Source of the DNA: a bacterium
GTDB taxonomy: Bacteria; RBG-13-61-14; DATKZS01
Direction: 5' to 3'
Assembly: GCA_963674965.2 (NCBI GenBank)
Contig: CAXXFL010000001.1
Span: 1,056,001-1,120,000 of the forward strand
Length of the DNA stretch: 64,000 nt
Under the pieces are notes generated by a model, which saw only the letters and a program-made list of their open reading frames with translations, had not been told where the DNA came from and searched no databases. Positions 47,683 through 58,257 of this stretch are shown here, one piece after another. Every line of letters begins with the position of its first letter. Position 1 is the stretch's first letter. Position numbers and translations under genes: made by a program.

Positions 47683-50600
47683 TCAGCTTTTGTTTTCTCC
47701 CGTCTTGCCGGTCGGGATGGGAGGCGGGGTTTCGGTTTTCGTTTTACGCCGGAAGAGCTTTTTCATATCCAGGGCGAAATCGTCGAAAATCTGGTAAAAA
47801 ACCGGAATGACGATAAGGGTAAGGGCGGTCGAGGAAATCAGTCCTCCCACCACCACTATGCCCAGGGGCTTTTGAAGCTCGAGTCCCTCGGCGCGGCCCA
47901 TGGCGATGGGTAAAACGCCGAACAGGGTTGTAAAGGCCGTCATTAAAATAGGACGGAGCCTGGTCTTGCCCGCCTCGATGATCGCCTCGCGCCTGTCCAT
48001 GCCCTGTCGGTGGAACTCGATGATAAAGTCCATGAGCACGATCGAGTTGGTAGCCACGATGCCCACCAGCATGATAAGGCCGATAAAGGCGGTGACGCCG
48101 AAGGCGGTGTCGGTAATGTAAAGTCCGGCCACGGCCCCGGTGAAGGCCAGCGGAATGGCGACCATGATGGTAATGGGATGGATGACCGACTCGTAAAGGC
48201 TGGCCAGGATAAGGTACACGAGCAAAATGGAGGCCGCGAACATCATGGCCAGATCGATAAAGGCGTCCTTTAAGTCCTCGATCTCGCCGCCGAACTCGAC
48301 CAGGTATCCCTCGGGAAGGGTCGGCCGGATTTCCTCATCCAGTATCTTTCTTATGTCCTCGACGATCTGGCCCAGGTCACGGTCGTCCGTCTTGTTCGAG
48401 GCCACCTTGACCAGACGCGCCGAGTTCTCGCGCTCGATCTTGGACGGTCCCTCCGAGTACTCGAAATTGGCCACGTCGCGAAGCTTGACCGGGAAACCCA
48501 TGGCGCTCATGACGGTGATTTCCTCGATCTCATCGAAGGTGTCCCGCTGGTCCTCCCGAAGCTGGATGGTGATGTCGTGCTCGTCTCCGGCCTCGCGGTA
48601 GAGGCTGGCAAGCTCGCCGTCAACCGCGGCCTTGACCTCGGTCAGCACCTGGCCCGTGGCCAGGCCGAAGGCCGAGAGACGGTCCCGGTCGAAGCTGTAT
48701 CTGAACTCGGGAACGCCCTCCTCCATGGTCGTGGTCACGTCGCGGGTGCCGGGTACCGTTTTGACCCGGGCGGCGATGCGGTCGGAAATCTGCTTCAATA
48801 TCTTGAAGTCGTCGCCGTAGATTTTAACCTGGATGGGCTTCTCGGAACTGAAGTCCAGGGACCCCGCCTGCTGGAAACTCATCTCGACGTTGGGGTTTTC
48901 CTTGCCGAACCTGTCCCACATATCTCTTAACTCTTTGTCCGAGGTCTTTCTTCCCTCGGCCTCCTTGAGCATCTTGATGTTCATCTCCGCCCGGTTGGTT
49001 CCCTGCTCGCCCCCCATGAAGGCCGCCCGCTCCCGGTCTCCGCTCTCGCCCACCACCACGAAGAAATGGTGGTAGTCGGGCAGCTTTTGCAGATCGGACT
49101 CGATTTTTTTCATGACCGCGTCGGTCTCGGCCAAAACCACCCCGGGCGGCAGCTTGATGGTCGCCCTGTATAGTCCTCCCACCAGGCGGGGAATGAACTC
49201 GTACTTACCCAGGGCCACCATATGGAAGGTCATGGCGCCAGTAAGCGCCAGCACCACGGCGGCGAGCACGAGGGTCAGGTACCAATGGTCGATGGCCCAG
49301 GCCACGACCGCGCCGTAACCGTTGCTGATGGGCCCGAAGAACCTTCCGCTCTTGGCCCTTTTCTCCTCCGGCTCGGGCTTCAATAGCCGCGAGCTGAGCA
49401 TGGGCACCACCGTGAAGGCCACGACCAGGGACCCCATGAGAGCGAAGAAGATGGTGCCGGCGAAGGTCTTGAAAAGCTGGGCCGAGAGCCCCTCCGTAAA
49501 GGCCACGGGCAGGAAGATGATAACGGCCACCAGGGTCGCGCTGACCACGGCCGTGGCCACCTCCCTAAAGCCCTTCTCCGCCGCGGTAAAGGGGTCCTCA
49601 CCCTGGCTCAAGTGCCGGTAGATGTTCTCGAGCACAACGATCGAGTCGTCAACCAGCTTGCCCACCGCGATGACCATGCCGCCAAGGGTCATGATGTTGA
49701 GAGTGTAGTCCGAGAAATACATGGCGATAAAAGCCGTAAGCAGGGATAGAGGAATCGAGGTGATAATGATGATCGACGGCCTTACGCGCCAAAGGAAAAC
49801 GAAAATGACCACGGCGGCCATGATGCCGCCCTCGATGGCCGAACCGCGCAGGGCGGTGATGGAGTCGGTGATGATCTCGGAAAGATCGAAGCTGACGGCG
49901 ACCTTGACTCCCGCGGGCAGGGTCGCCTCGATATCGTCGAGTTGGGCAATGACCTTCCTGGCCACCTGCACCATGTTGGCGTCGGTCTCTTTAAGGACCG
50001 CCATGCCGATGCCCTCGCTGGGCCCGTCGTGGAAATCGACGATCCGGACGATGCCGCGTTTTTCCTTGAAGGTGTCGACTATATCGGCCACGTCCTTCAG
50101 CTTGATGGGGGAGATGGCCCCCTGGCCCGCGAGGTTGTCCCTCGATCCGGTCAGGGCCTGGACCAGCTTTCCGGACTGCATGGCCTGCATATCCATCTGG
50201 GTCATGCCGTTGCCGACCACTATCTCGCCCAGTTCCTCGAGGCTCTCGAACTCGCTCATGCCCCTGATCCGGAAGTTATAGGCGCTGAAATCGACGTCGC
50301 CGGTGGTCAGGTTCAGGTTCTGGTAACGGATGGCGTTCATCACGTTGAGATAGTCCAGCCCGTACCTTTCCATTTTTTCCTTGTCCAGGTTCACCTGGAT
50401 TTCCCTTGTGAGTCCGCCCAGGGTCGCGGCCGAGGCCACGCCGGGCAGGCGCTCGAGCTGGGGAGCGATCACGTCCTTGCTGAGGTCGGCCAGGTCGGCC
50501 AGGTTTCTTTTTCCCGTGGGATCGTGGATGTTAAGGAAGAGGACGGGGAAGTCCTGGAGGTCGATGCGGAGCACCACCGGCTCGTCAATGTCCTCGGGCA

Positions 50601-50955
50601 GGACCTCGCGGACCATGGCTATCTTCTCGCGGATGTCGGCGCTGGCCGAGTCCAGGTCCGTGCCCCAGTTGAACTCGGCGTTGATAAAGCACATCTCCTC
50701 CTGGGCCGTGACCTTGACGTTCTTCACGTTCGAGACCGCCTTGATCACCGCCTCGACCGGCTTGCCCACGCGCTCCTCGACCTGCTCCGGGCCGGCGCCG
50801 TCGTACCCGATGTAAACCACCAGGTTGGGAAAGCTGATCTCGGGCATAAGGTCGAGAGGCATCCGGGAAAGGGAAAGAAGCCCGAGAACGACCATCATGA
50901 TCATGCCCATCGCGATGGTGACGGGCCTCTTTATGGGGAATTGAAATAGGTTCAT
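47683..50955 (-). CDS. RND efflux permease (AcrB/SwrC-like)
   Basis: IKRPV, LVDDSIVVLENI, RLRPILMT; 1090 aa. Confidence 0.93.
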   Translation of the reverse strand: MNLFQFPIKRPVTIAMGMIMMVVLGLLSLSRMPLDLMPEISFPNLVVYIGYDGAGPEQVEERVGKPVEAVIKAVSNVKNVKVTAQEEMCFINAEFNWGTDLDSASADIREKIAMVREVLPEDIDEPVVLRIDLQDFPVLFLNIHDPTGKRNLADLADLSKDVIAPQLERLPGVASAATLGGLTREIQVNLDKEKMERYGLDYLNVMNAIRYQNLNLTTGDVDFSAYNFRIRGMSEFESLEELGEIVVGNGMTQMDMQAMQSGKLVQALTGSRDNLAGQGAISPIKLKDVADIVDTFKEKRGIVRIVDFHDGPSEGIGMAVLKETDANMVQVARKVIAQLDDIEATLPAGVKVAVSFDLSEIITDSITALRGSAIEGGIMAAVVIFVFLWRVRPSIIIITSIPLSLLTAFIAMYFSDYTLNIMTLGGMVIAVGKLVDDSIVVLENIYRHLSQGEDPFTAAEKGFREVATAVVSATLVAVIIFLPVAFTEGLSAQLFKTFAGTIFFALMGSLVVAFTVVPMLSSRLLKPEPEEKRAKSGRFFGPISNGYGAVVAWAIDHWYLTLVLAAVVLALTGAMTFHMVALGKYEFIPRLVGGLYRATIKLPPGVVLAETDAVMKKIESDLQKLPDYHHFFVVVGESGDRERAAFMGGEQGTNRAEMNIKMLKEAEGRKTSDKELRDMWDRFGKENPNVEMSFQQAGSLDFSSEKPIQVKIYGDDFKILKQISDRIAARVKTVPGTRDVTTTMEEGVPEFRYSFDRDRLSAFGLATGQVLTEVKAAVDGELASLYREAGDEHDITIQLREDQRDTFDEIEEITVMSAMGFPVKLRDVANFEYSEGPSKIERENSARLVKVASNKTDDRDLGQIVEDIRKILDEEIRPTLPEGYLVEFGGEIEDLKDAFIDLAMMFAASILLVYLILASLYESVIHPITIMVAIPLAFTGAVAGLYITDTAFGVTAFIGLIMLVGIVATNSIVLMDFIIEFHRQGMDRREAIIEAGKTRLRPILMTAFTTLFGVLPIAMGRAEGLELQKPLGIVVVGGLISSTALTLIVIPVFYQIFDDFALDMKKLFRRKTKTETPPPIPTGKTGENKS

Positions 50956-51002
50956 GACTGCTCTTTCATGCCGCGGACTTATGGGTTAGCCAAGGAATCG
51001 AC

Positions 51003-51998
51003 TTATTCCGCGCCCTCGTCCGGGGAGTTTCCTTCCGTTTCATCCCCGGACGCTTTTTCCTCCTGGCCGGTTTCAATGGTCACCAGGGTCTGGTCCTTGA
51101 ATACCACCAGGTCCCGGTCCACCACCCGGTCGCCCTCCACCGCGCCGCCAACGACCTCGTAATTTTCGAGGTCATAGTAACCCAGCTTGAGCTCGGTCAG
51201 CTCGATCCTCGTTTCATCCTTGTTTTTTTCGCTGGTCTTGACAAGGAAGGCCAGGTCCCTTCCCTGCTTTCTCATGATGGCCACCTTGGGCACGAGAGGA
51301 ACGCCGGTCTTCTTGTCGGCCACTATCTCGAGGCGGGCGAACATGCCCGGCTTGAGGGCCCGGTCCGAGTTGGAGATGGATATTTCCGCCACGGCCGTAT
51401 GGGAAAGCTCGTCCAGGACGGGCTCGATTTTGGTAATGGAACCTTTAAAAACCCTGTCCGGGTAAGCGGCGGTCTGGATACGGACCGGGTCTCCCACCTG
51501 CACCCGGCCCAGGTCGCTCTCGATGACGCTGGTTTTTATCTTGACCACGCTTAGGTTCAGTATGGTGGCAACCGGCTGCTGGGCCGAGACGATCGATCCC
51601 TTGTCGTCCTGTATGTAGGCTATCGTTCCCTTCATGGGGGCCTTCACGCCGTAGGCCAGGTACTGGGCGCCGACCTCGTCCCGGTTGACCGTAAGCAGTA
51701 CCTGGTCCAGGCTCACGTCGTCTCCCTTCTTGACCCGGGCCTCGATCAGCTTGCCCGGAAAGGGTATCTTGGCCAGAACGTCGGCGCGCTCGCCCGCCTC
51801 GATCTTGCCCGTGGCTTTGATCAAGTCCTCCACGTCGCCGGTCCCGATGGTCGCCACGTGAACGGGAATGGCCTGGGCCACGTACTCCTCTTCCTTTTGG
51901 GAAGCCTGATAAGCAACATAGCCCTTGGTACCTATATAGCCGGTCAGGACTACCAGCAATAACAGAACGATGAGAAACAATACGGTGCTTGGTTTCAT
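51003..51998 (-). CDS. RND periplasmic adaptor (MFP)
   Basis: N-terminal TM, lipoyl halves (VKKGDDV...VKAPMKG) with almost no alpha-hairpin, LKPGMFA. Confidence 0.88.
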   Translation of the reverse strand: MKPSTVLFLIVLLLLVVLTGYIGTKGYVAYQASQKEEEYVAQAIPVHVATIGTGDVEDLIKATGKIEAGERADVLAKIPFPGKLIEARVKKGDDVSLDQVLLTVNRDEVGAQYLAYGVKAPMKGTIAYIQDDKGSIVSAQQPVATILNLSVVKIKTSVIESDLGRVQVGDPVRIQTAAYPDRVFKGSITKIEPVLDELSHTAVAEISISNSDRALKPGMFARLEIVADKKTGVPLVPKVAIMRKQGRDLAFLVKTSEKNKDETRIELTELKLGYYDLENYEVVGGAVEGDRVVDRDLVVFKDQTLVTIETGQEEKASGDETEGNSPDEGAE

Positions 51999-53446
51999 GG
52001 TCTGACGTCCTTTTCCTCCGGCATGCCCAGCGCGGCCTGGAGCTTGTAGTACGCGACGACGTAGTCTTTGACCGCGGTCAGGTAGTCGCCCTTTGCCTGG
52101 GTCACCCTCGTCTGGGCGTCCATTACGTCAAGGTTGCTGGCAAGGCCAACCGAGTAGCGGGCCTTGGCCGCCTCATGGTTCTTCTCGGCGGCGGCCACGT
52201 TTTCCTCCTGCGCCTCGATGGCCTCGCGCGCGGCCTTGAGGTCTAAAAGCGCCATCTGCACCTGGGTCTTGATCCCAAGCTCGAGCGCCCTTTTACCCTT
52301 CTCCGCCTGCTGGAGCATTCCGTAAGCCTCGGCCACCTTTCCCTCCGTCTCACGGCCGTCGTAAAGGGGCATGGTGGCCACTATGCCCGCCTGATAGCCG
52401 TCCATCCACTGCTTGTCGTTGGGGGGCATGTCCTGGCCCCGGTCCCAGGAATAATTGCCGAACAGGGCCAGGGTCGGATAAGCGTTGGCCCTGGCTATCT
52501 CGTGAAGCTTCCTGGCCATCTCGATGCGAAGCTCCATGATCAGGGCCTCGGGCCGGGCGGTAAGGGCCCTTGTATAAAGGTCCTCGGGCACGGGCAGGAC
52601 GTGGGGAGTGTATTTAAGCTCGCCCACCGCCTGGACCGGCGTCTCGAGGTCGATATTGAGGTAATTGTTCAGTCCCAGCCGGGCCATCTTGACCCCGTTT
52701 TTTATTTGTATCTGTCGGGGCCTGATCGAGGCGAGCTGAGCCTTGACCTCGAGAACGTCAAGGTTCGACACCAGGCCCTCCTTGTAGAGGGCCTCGACCT
52801 GACCCAGGTGCGCGGCCACCGTGTCATAGGCCGCGTCCACCACTTTTTGCATTTCCTGGGCCCAAAGAAGATTGTAAAACGCCTGCTCGACGTTGAAGAT
52901 CAACTCGTTCTTGCTCTGCCTGACCTCCTGCTCGGCGGCCTTCTTGTTGAGGTCCGCGGCTTTGACGCCCTTTTTGATTTTTCCGCCCGTGTAAAGCGCG
53001 TATTGGGCCTCGATCTTGACTCCGTAGATGTCGCCTTCCCTGTCGCTTGACATCTCGAAGCTGGGAAAGCCGATGAGGTGGTAATGCTGGGGGGAGGACA
53101 CCGAGGCCGGGTCGTTGGGATCGATGATGCTCACGCCGGTGGGGAAAAGGGTCACGTCATCACCCGTTCCGAAATCGGGAAGCTGATTGGACCTGACGGC
53201 GTTACCGGTCACCTTCAGGGTCGGGTTCCTGGCCGCCTTGGCCTGTATGAGCTGTCCCTGGGCCACGTCGACTCCGGCTTTTTTGACCTCGAGCTCGGGG
53301 TTGTTGTCGAGGGCCATGGAAACGCACTCGTCAAGGGTCAGCCTAACCGGCTCGTTGGCGTCAACGGGTGGTACCACCTGGGACCCGAGAGGGGCCGCCG
53401 CCAGAGCTAAAAAAATTATCGCCATGGCTGAAATCACGGATCTCAT
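51995..53446 (-). CDS. TolC-family outer-membrane efflux protein
   Basis: LTLDECVSMALDNNP, two OEP repeats, RYSVGLASNLDVMDAQ. Confidence 0.9.
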   Translation of the reverse strand: MRSVISAMAIIFLALAAAPLGSQVVPPVDANEPVRLTLDECVSMALDNNPELEVKKAGVDVAQGQLIQAKAARNPTLKVTGNAVRSNQLPDFGTGDDVTLFPTGVSIIDPNDPASVSSPQHYHLIGFPSFEMSSDREGDIYGVKIEAQYALYTGGKIKKGVKAADLNKKAAEQEVRQSKNELIFNVEQAFYNLLWAQEMQKVVDAAYDTVAAHLGQVEALYKEGLVSNLDVLEVKAQLASIRPRQIQIKNGVKMARLGLNNYLNIDLETPVQAVGELKYTPHVLPVPEDLYTRALTARPEALIMELRIEMARKLHEIARANAYPTLALFGNYSWDRGQDMPPNDKQWMDGYQAGIVATMPLYDGRETEGKVAEAYGMLQQAEKGKRALELGIKTQVQMALLDLKAAREAIEAQEENVAAAEKNHEAAKARYSVGLASNLDVMDAQTRVTQAKGDYLTAVKDYVVAYYKLQAALGMPEEKDVRP

Positions 53447-54096
53447 GCCTTGTCCTCCATGTTCGAACGCCTTCGCGTTCCATTAAAAAATATGTCCAGA
53501 GCAAGGGGGGCCTTCTCTTGGAGGGGATAGGGCTGATCGGCGTTGACGTATATGAAAAGAAGAGTGTGCATGATACCGATAAAGGTCATGGCCAACTCGG
53601 CCGGGGCCATCGGTTTGAACAAACCCTCGTCAAGTCCTTGCTGCATTATCTTTACCATCTTAAGAAGGTATTGCTGATATTTCTCCTGAACCACGTCGGC
53701 AAAGAACCCCTTCGAGCTGAAATCGAAGTTCGAGCGCTGCTCGGCGAAAATCTTGAAGAAATAACGCTCCCTCTCGAAAAACCCGAGAATCGTGACGACG
53801 AAATTATTTAGCTTGTCTTCTATTCCGTCCGCCTCTTCCATCGCCTGGTCAACCTGACTTTCAAGAGCGTCGATCTTCTCGGATAAAAGGGAGAAGTATA
53901 GCTCCTCCTTGTTCTTGAAGAAGTTGTAAAGAGAGCCGGTGGAGAACTCGGCCTCCTTGGCTATCTCGCTCATCGCCGCGCCGTGGTAGCCCTTTTCGGC
54001 GAAAACCTTCACCGCCGCGTTGATGATTTCCTTTCTTCGGGCAAGGAATTCACGCTCTTTTCTACTAAGCTTGGCGTCCCCTGAATTATCGTTCAT
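53443..54096 (-). CDS. TetR/AcrR-family regulator
   Basis: IINAAVKVFAEKGY..MSEIAKEA..GSLYNFFKNKEELY. Confidence 0.92.
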   Translation of the reverse strand: MNDNSGDAKLSRKEREFLARRKEIINAAVKVFAEKGYHGAAMSEIAKEAEFSTGSLYNFFKNKEELYFSLLSEKIDALESQVDQAMEEADGIEDKLNNFVVTILGFFERERYFFKIFAEQRSNFDFSSKGFFADVVQEKYQQYLLKMVKIMQQGLDEGLFKPMAPAELAMTFIGIMHTLLFIYVNADQPYPLQEKAPLALDIFFNGTRRRSNMEDKA

Positions 54097-54326
54097 TAAT
54101 TAAATCCACGTTCAGTTTTTGCATGAAGAAAATCACATATTGCCAATAAAGTCAAACTCTTTTCATCTATTACCCTCCTTGACAAGCGACTGAAAGGACG
54201 AAAAACTTTTTCCGTCCGTAAAACTTCGCGCGCCGCGAAAAATAATCGAATATAATTCAAAGCCTTGAGCGTTATACGCGCCGGGAACGGTCCCGGCCTA
54301 TATATACCGCGCGGAAAAACAACGCC

Positions 54327-55745
54327 TCAGTCGAGGTCCACCGGCTCCCCCAACTTCATGATCTCGACCGACTTCACGCCGTCATCCAACAGCACGTCCT
54401 TCAGGTGCCCCTGGGCGTCGGGCTCGCCGTGGACCAGGAAAACCCGCTTGATCGAATCCTTGTCCAGCTTCCTTACCCAGCTTTTGATCTCCTCGTAGTC
54501 CGCGTGGGCGGAAAAGGCGTTGAGTATCTTCACCCGGGCGCGCAGAGGATAGCTCTGCCCGAATATCTTAAGCTCCGACTCGCGGTCGGCGAGTCTTCTT
54601 CCCAGAGTATGCTGGGCCATAAAACCCACGATGAGAATCACGTTTTTCGGATTTGAAACGTTGTTGGCCAGATGGTGGAGTATCCGCCCGCCCTCGCACA
54701 TCCCGCTGGAGGAAATGATCACCATCGGCCCGTCCATGGAGTTGAGCGAGATGCTCTCGCTCGTGCTGGTAACGAACCTCAGCGTCTCGAAGCCAAAGGG
54801 GTTCTTGTGATGATCGATAAAGGCCTGCCGAGTCGCCTCGTCGTAACACTCCGGATGGGTCCTGAAAATGGAGGTCGCGTTCACCGCCATGGGGCTGTCC
54901 ACGAAGATGGGTATCTCCGGTATCTTGTTCTCGTCCCGCAAAATGTGAAGATGATACACGAGTTCCTGGGTGCGGCCGACCGCGAAGGACGGGATGATAA
55001 GCTTGCTCCTGTTCTCCCATACCTGGTTTACAACCTCGGCCAGCTCGACCCTGGTCTTTAAAAGGTCGTCATGCAGACGGTTGCCGTAGGTCGACTCGCA
55101 GATAAGATAGTCTATGGGCGGCAAAACCTCCGGGTCCTGGATGATCGCCTGGTTGTCCCGGCCCAGGTCCCCCGTGAATCCGACGGAGACAGTCTTTCCG
55201 TTGGACTTGATCTCAAGCCTCACCAGGGCCGAGCCTAAAATATGTCCAGCGTCGAAAAACTGGGCCTTGACCCCATCGGCCACGTGGAAAGGCCGGTTGT
55301 AGGATATGCCCACGAAATATGAAAGGCTCTTCAAAACGTCCTGCTCGTTATAGAGCGGCTCGACCGGCGTCTGGTCTTCCTCGTGCCCGCTCTTGGCGCG
55401 CTTTTTCATGATAAACTCGGCGTCCTTGGCCTGAAGATGGGCCGAGTCCATCATTATAAGAGAGCTGATGTCCCGCGTGGCCGGCGTACAGTATACGTTG
55501 CCGGTAAAGCCATGGTTAACCAGGATGGGTATGGCGCCGCTATGGTCGAAATGGCCGTGACTTAAGAGGAGGGCCTCGACGCCTTCTCCGTCAAAGGGAA
55601 AATTCTGATTCTTTTCTCTTGATTTGCGGCGCGAGCCCTGAAACATGCCGCAATCGAGGAGGACCCGGCGCCCGTCAATCTCGATTATATGCTTCGAGCC
55701 GGTAACTTCCTCCGCCGCTCCCCACGAACACAACGTAATTGGCAT
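54327..55745 (-). CDS. MBL-fold beta-CASP ribonuclease
   Basis: GAAEEVTGS, SHGHFDH, AGHILGS, TGDLG, ESTYG, FSAHAD, VHGE. Confidence 0.92.
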   Translation of the reverse strand: MPITLCSWGAAEEVTGSKHIIEIDGRRVLLDCGMFQGSRRKSREKNQNFPFDGEGVEALLLSHGHFDHSGAIPILVNHGFTGNVYCTPATRDISSLIMMDSAHLQAKDAEFIMKKRAKSGHEEDQTPVEPLYNEQDVLKSLSYFVGISYNRPFHVADGVKAQFFDAGHILGSALVRLEIKSNGKTVSVGFTGDLGRDNQAIIQDPEVLPPIDYLICESTYGNRLHDDLLKTRVELAEVVNQVWENRSKLIIPSFAVGRTQELVYHLHILRDENKIPEIPIFVDSPMAVNATSIFRTHPECYDEATRQAFIDHHKNPFGFETLRFVTSTSESISLNSMDGPMVIISSSGMCEGGRILHHLANNVSNPKNVILIVGFMAQHTLGRRLADRESELKIFGQSYPLRARVKILNAFSAHADYEEIKSWVRKLDKDSIKRVFLVHGEPDAQGHLKDVLLDDGVKSVEIMKLGEPVDLD

Positions 55746-55983
55746 AACTTCTCCTTGATCGACTCCAGCATATATCGCCTCCGCAAAGAAATATTTGAGC
55801 TAACTTTATCACGAGAAAATGGCCCTGTCCAACCTTGGCCATCCCCCGAAAAGGCGCGGGAAAAAGGACTGAGCCATTTATTCCAGGCGCGGTGAAAGGG
55901 CGTTTCGCCGCCTCTCTTGATTCTCCGCCTCCGGATTCCCCCGGGTTTGTAAGGCCGACTTAATAATGTAACATGTACTCATC

Positions 55984-57021
55984 GTGGCTGTGAACACCAT
56001 TCGCGTTGGACTTTACGACGGGTCAACCGGACGAGGCACGGGACCCGATACCTACTGCCGCTCCATACGGGCGGCTTCCCTGCCAGGCGTGAGCTTTGCC
56101 GAGGTATCCCCCGATTCCTCGCCTGAGGCCGACCTCATTCACGTAACCGACGCCAAGCGCGTGCCGCTTTCCTCGCTCGAATCCTGGCGAGCGCCGGTTA
56201 TTCTCGATTTTCACGACGATTACTGGACAAAGTTCCGAGCCTTCCCTTCCCCCGACGCGCCCATCCGCTGGATAAGACAAAAACAGCTTTACGGGCGGCA
56301 CTTAACTTCCATCTCGAAAGCGGCCGCCATCGTCGTTCACTCCGAATCGGTCAGGCAATCCATCGAGACCTTTCTCGATGAAACGAAAAGATCGAGAAGT
56401 AATCCCGGGCCTATAACGCGAGTGGTCAGGTACGGCGTCCAGGCTCCCGACTTCGAGGGACCCAGATCGGAAGACGCGGGCGAGCGGTTGATACTTCTCG
56501 TGGGCCGCGACGTCTTCAGGAAGGGCTTCCAGACCATGGCCCGCGCCATGCGTATCGTCGTCTCGAGGCAACCATCGTCAAAACTGGTTGTCATAGGAGA
56601 CGAGTACCCTCACTCGAGGATCGCCGCCCATGTCCTCGCGGCGGGACTGCCCGCCACCTTTCTGCCGGCCGCGCCGGCGAGCGAGATCATCCGGTGGTAT
56701 AAGCGGGCCTCGGTCCTGGCCCTGCCCAGCCGCCTCGAGGCCTTCGGCATCGTGCTTATCGAGGCCATGGCCGCCGGCACGCCGGTGGTGGCCTCGAGGG
56801 TCGGCGGCATACCCGAGGCGGTCGAGGACGAGGTGAGCGGACTTTTACATGAACCGGGAAACCATCGCGACCTGGCGGATAAAATCGTCCGGACCCTGGA
56901 GGACGAGGAATTGCGCTCGCGACTCGTCAGGGGCGGACGGGAGAGGGCGAGGCTGTTTTCCATCGAGAACATGGCCGCCGACCTGGCCAGGGCATATAAG
57001 GAAACAATGGAGACGATATAA
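55984..57021 (+). CDS. Glycosyltransferase family 4
   Basis: RKG, PSRLEAFGIVLIEAMAAGTPVVASRVGGIPE. Confidence 0.88.
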   Translation: MAVNTIRVGLYDGSTGRGTGPDTYCRSIRAASLPGVSFAEVSPDSSPEADLIHVTDAKRVPLSSLESWRAPVILDFHDDYWTKFRAFPSPDAPIRWIRQKQLYGRHLTSISKAAAIVVHSESVRQSIETFLDETKRSRSNPGPITRVVRYGVQAPDFEGPRSEDAGERLILLVGRDVFRKGFQTMARAMRIVVSRQPSSKLVVIGDEYPHSRIAAHVLAAGLPATFLPAAPASEIIRWYKRASVLALPSRLEAFGIVLIEAMAAGTPVVASRVGGIPEAVEDEVSGLLHEPGNHRDLADKIVRTLEDEELRSRLVRGGRERARLFSIENMAADLARAYKETMETI

Positions 57022-58257
57022 ATGGCGAAGCTTACGAAAAAGAAAAGAATCGTCTTCGCCCTTCTTACCCTGTTCATCATTCTTGCCTCGGCGGAAACCA
57101 TTCTTCGCCTGAAAGATTTCAGCTTTTACTTCAATTTCAGCGCCGACCTCCTGGGCATGCCCCTGCTCGACCTGCATAAGCTGCGAAGGGTACAGAACAA
57201 GGCCGTCGATTTCGATCCCTACCTGTTCTGGAAATTCAAGCCCAACCAATACCTGGATAATCGCGAAGCCTACGGAAAACCCGTGACCATCAACTCCCAC
57301 GGATTCAGGGGACCGGACTGGCAAGATCAAAAACCCAAAGGAGTCTATCGGGTCGCCTGCCTTGGCGACTCCACCACCTTCGGCTGGAGCGTGGGAGACG
57401 AGGAGACCTTCCCCGTCAAGCTGCAAAAGGCGCTGGAAGAATCACTCCAGGGGTCCGGCCTCAAGGTCGAGGTCTTAAACCTGGGCGTGACCGGCTATAC
57501 CTCGCGCCAGGGCAGAGAACTCATGGCCAGGTACGCCGCCGATTGGAAGCCCGACCTGGTCATTTTCGCCTTCGGCCCCAACGACAGGCTGCCGGCCTTG
57601 AAAAGCGACCGGGAGCATCTCGAGAACCGGACTTGGGCGCGGGGCAAGGTCAGCGTCTTTTTTCATCGCTTTCAGGTTTACAAGCTTCTCAAGGCGGGCG
57701 TTATCTACCTCGAGAACCGGGCCAGGGGAAGGAGCCTGGACCCCGCCACTTATATTTCCCAGCTCAAGCGAAAGGTCAGTCCCGACGAATATCGGCAAAA
57801 CGCGGCCGAGGTTAAAAAGATTTGCGACCGGATCGGCGCGGACCTCATCATCGTCGACGTGGACTTTCCATCTCTTCCCGAGGACCACGTTTACGAGGAA
57901 GTTAAAAAACAGGCCGATCAAAAAGGCGCCGCGTTTCCCGCCGGCTTCGGCTCATGGGACCCTGAAGCGGTAACCCGGGACGCCTGCTGGGAGCTGTCCG
58001 TAACCTGCGTTCACGCGAGGCCCCTGTTCAAGGAAAAGCTGGCGATTATTGAAAGCGATAAACTCGATCCGGCCCGGGCGGCTGAAATTGCCGAACGCCT
58101 TGGAGACCTGGTGGAGAAGGAGCCATGGCGATATCTTATGGTCGATAACGGCCACCCCAACGGATGGGGACATGAGCTATTGGCCGCCGAGATATTAAAG
58201 GCCATCAAGGCCCTGCCGAGATACGCGGAGCTCCGGGCCGGGACACGGGCGCCATGA
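57022..58257 (+). CDS. Membrane-anchored SGNH/GDSL hydrolase-family protein
   Basis: N-terminal TM, NSHGFR, LGDSTTFG, NLGVTGY, GPND, DNGHPN. Confidence 0.88.
   Translation: MAKLTKKKRIVFALLTLFIILASAETILRLKDFSFYFNFSADLLGMPLLDLHKLRRVQNKAVDFDPYLFWKFKPNQYLDNREAYGKPVTINSHGFRGPDWQDQKPKGVYRVACLGDSTTFGWSVGDEETFPVKLQKALEESLQGSGLKVEVLNLGVTGYTSRQGRELMARYAADWKPDLVIFAFGPNDRLPALKSDREHLENRTWARGKVSVFFHRFQVYKLLKAGVIYLENRARGRSLDPATYISQLKRKVSPDEYRQNAAEVKKICDRIGADLIIVDVDFPSLPEDHVYEEVKKQADQKGAAFPAGFGSWDPEAVTRDACWELSVTCVHARPLFKEKLAIIESDKLDPARAAEIAERLGDLVEKEPWRYLMVDNGHPNGWGHELLAAEILKAIKALPRYAELRAGTRAP

Noticed and set aside
47683-50955. RND proton-relay variant (Lys before DD in TM4, Thr in place of the TM10 Lys)
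   Set aside because: A similar arrangement is known in SwrC-like RND pumps, so it is not novel
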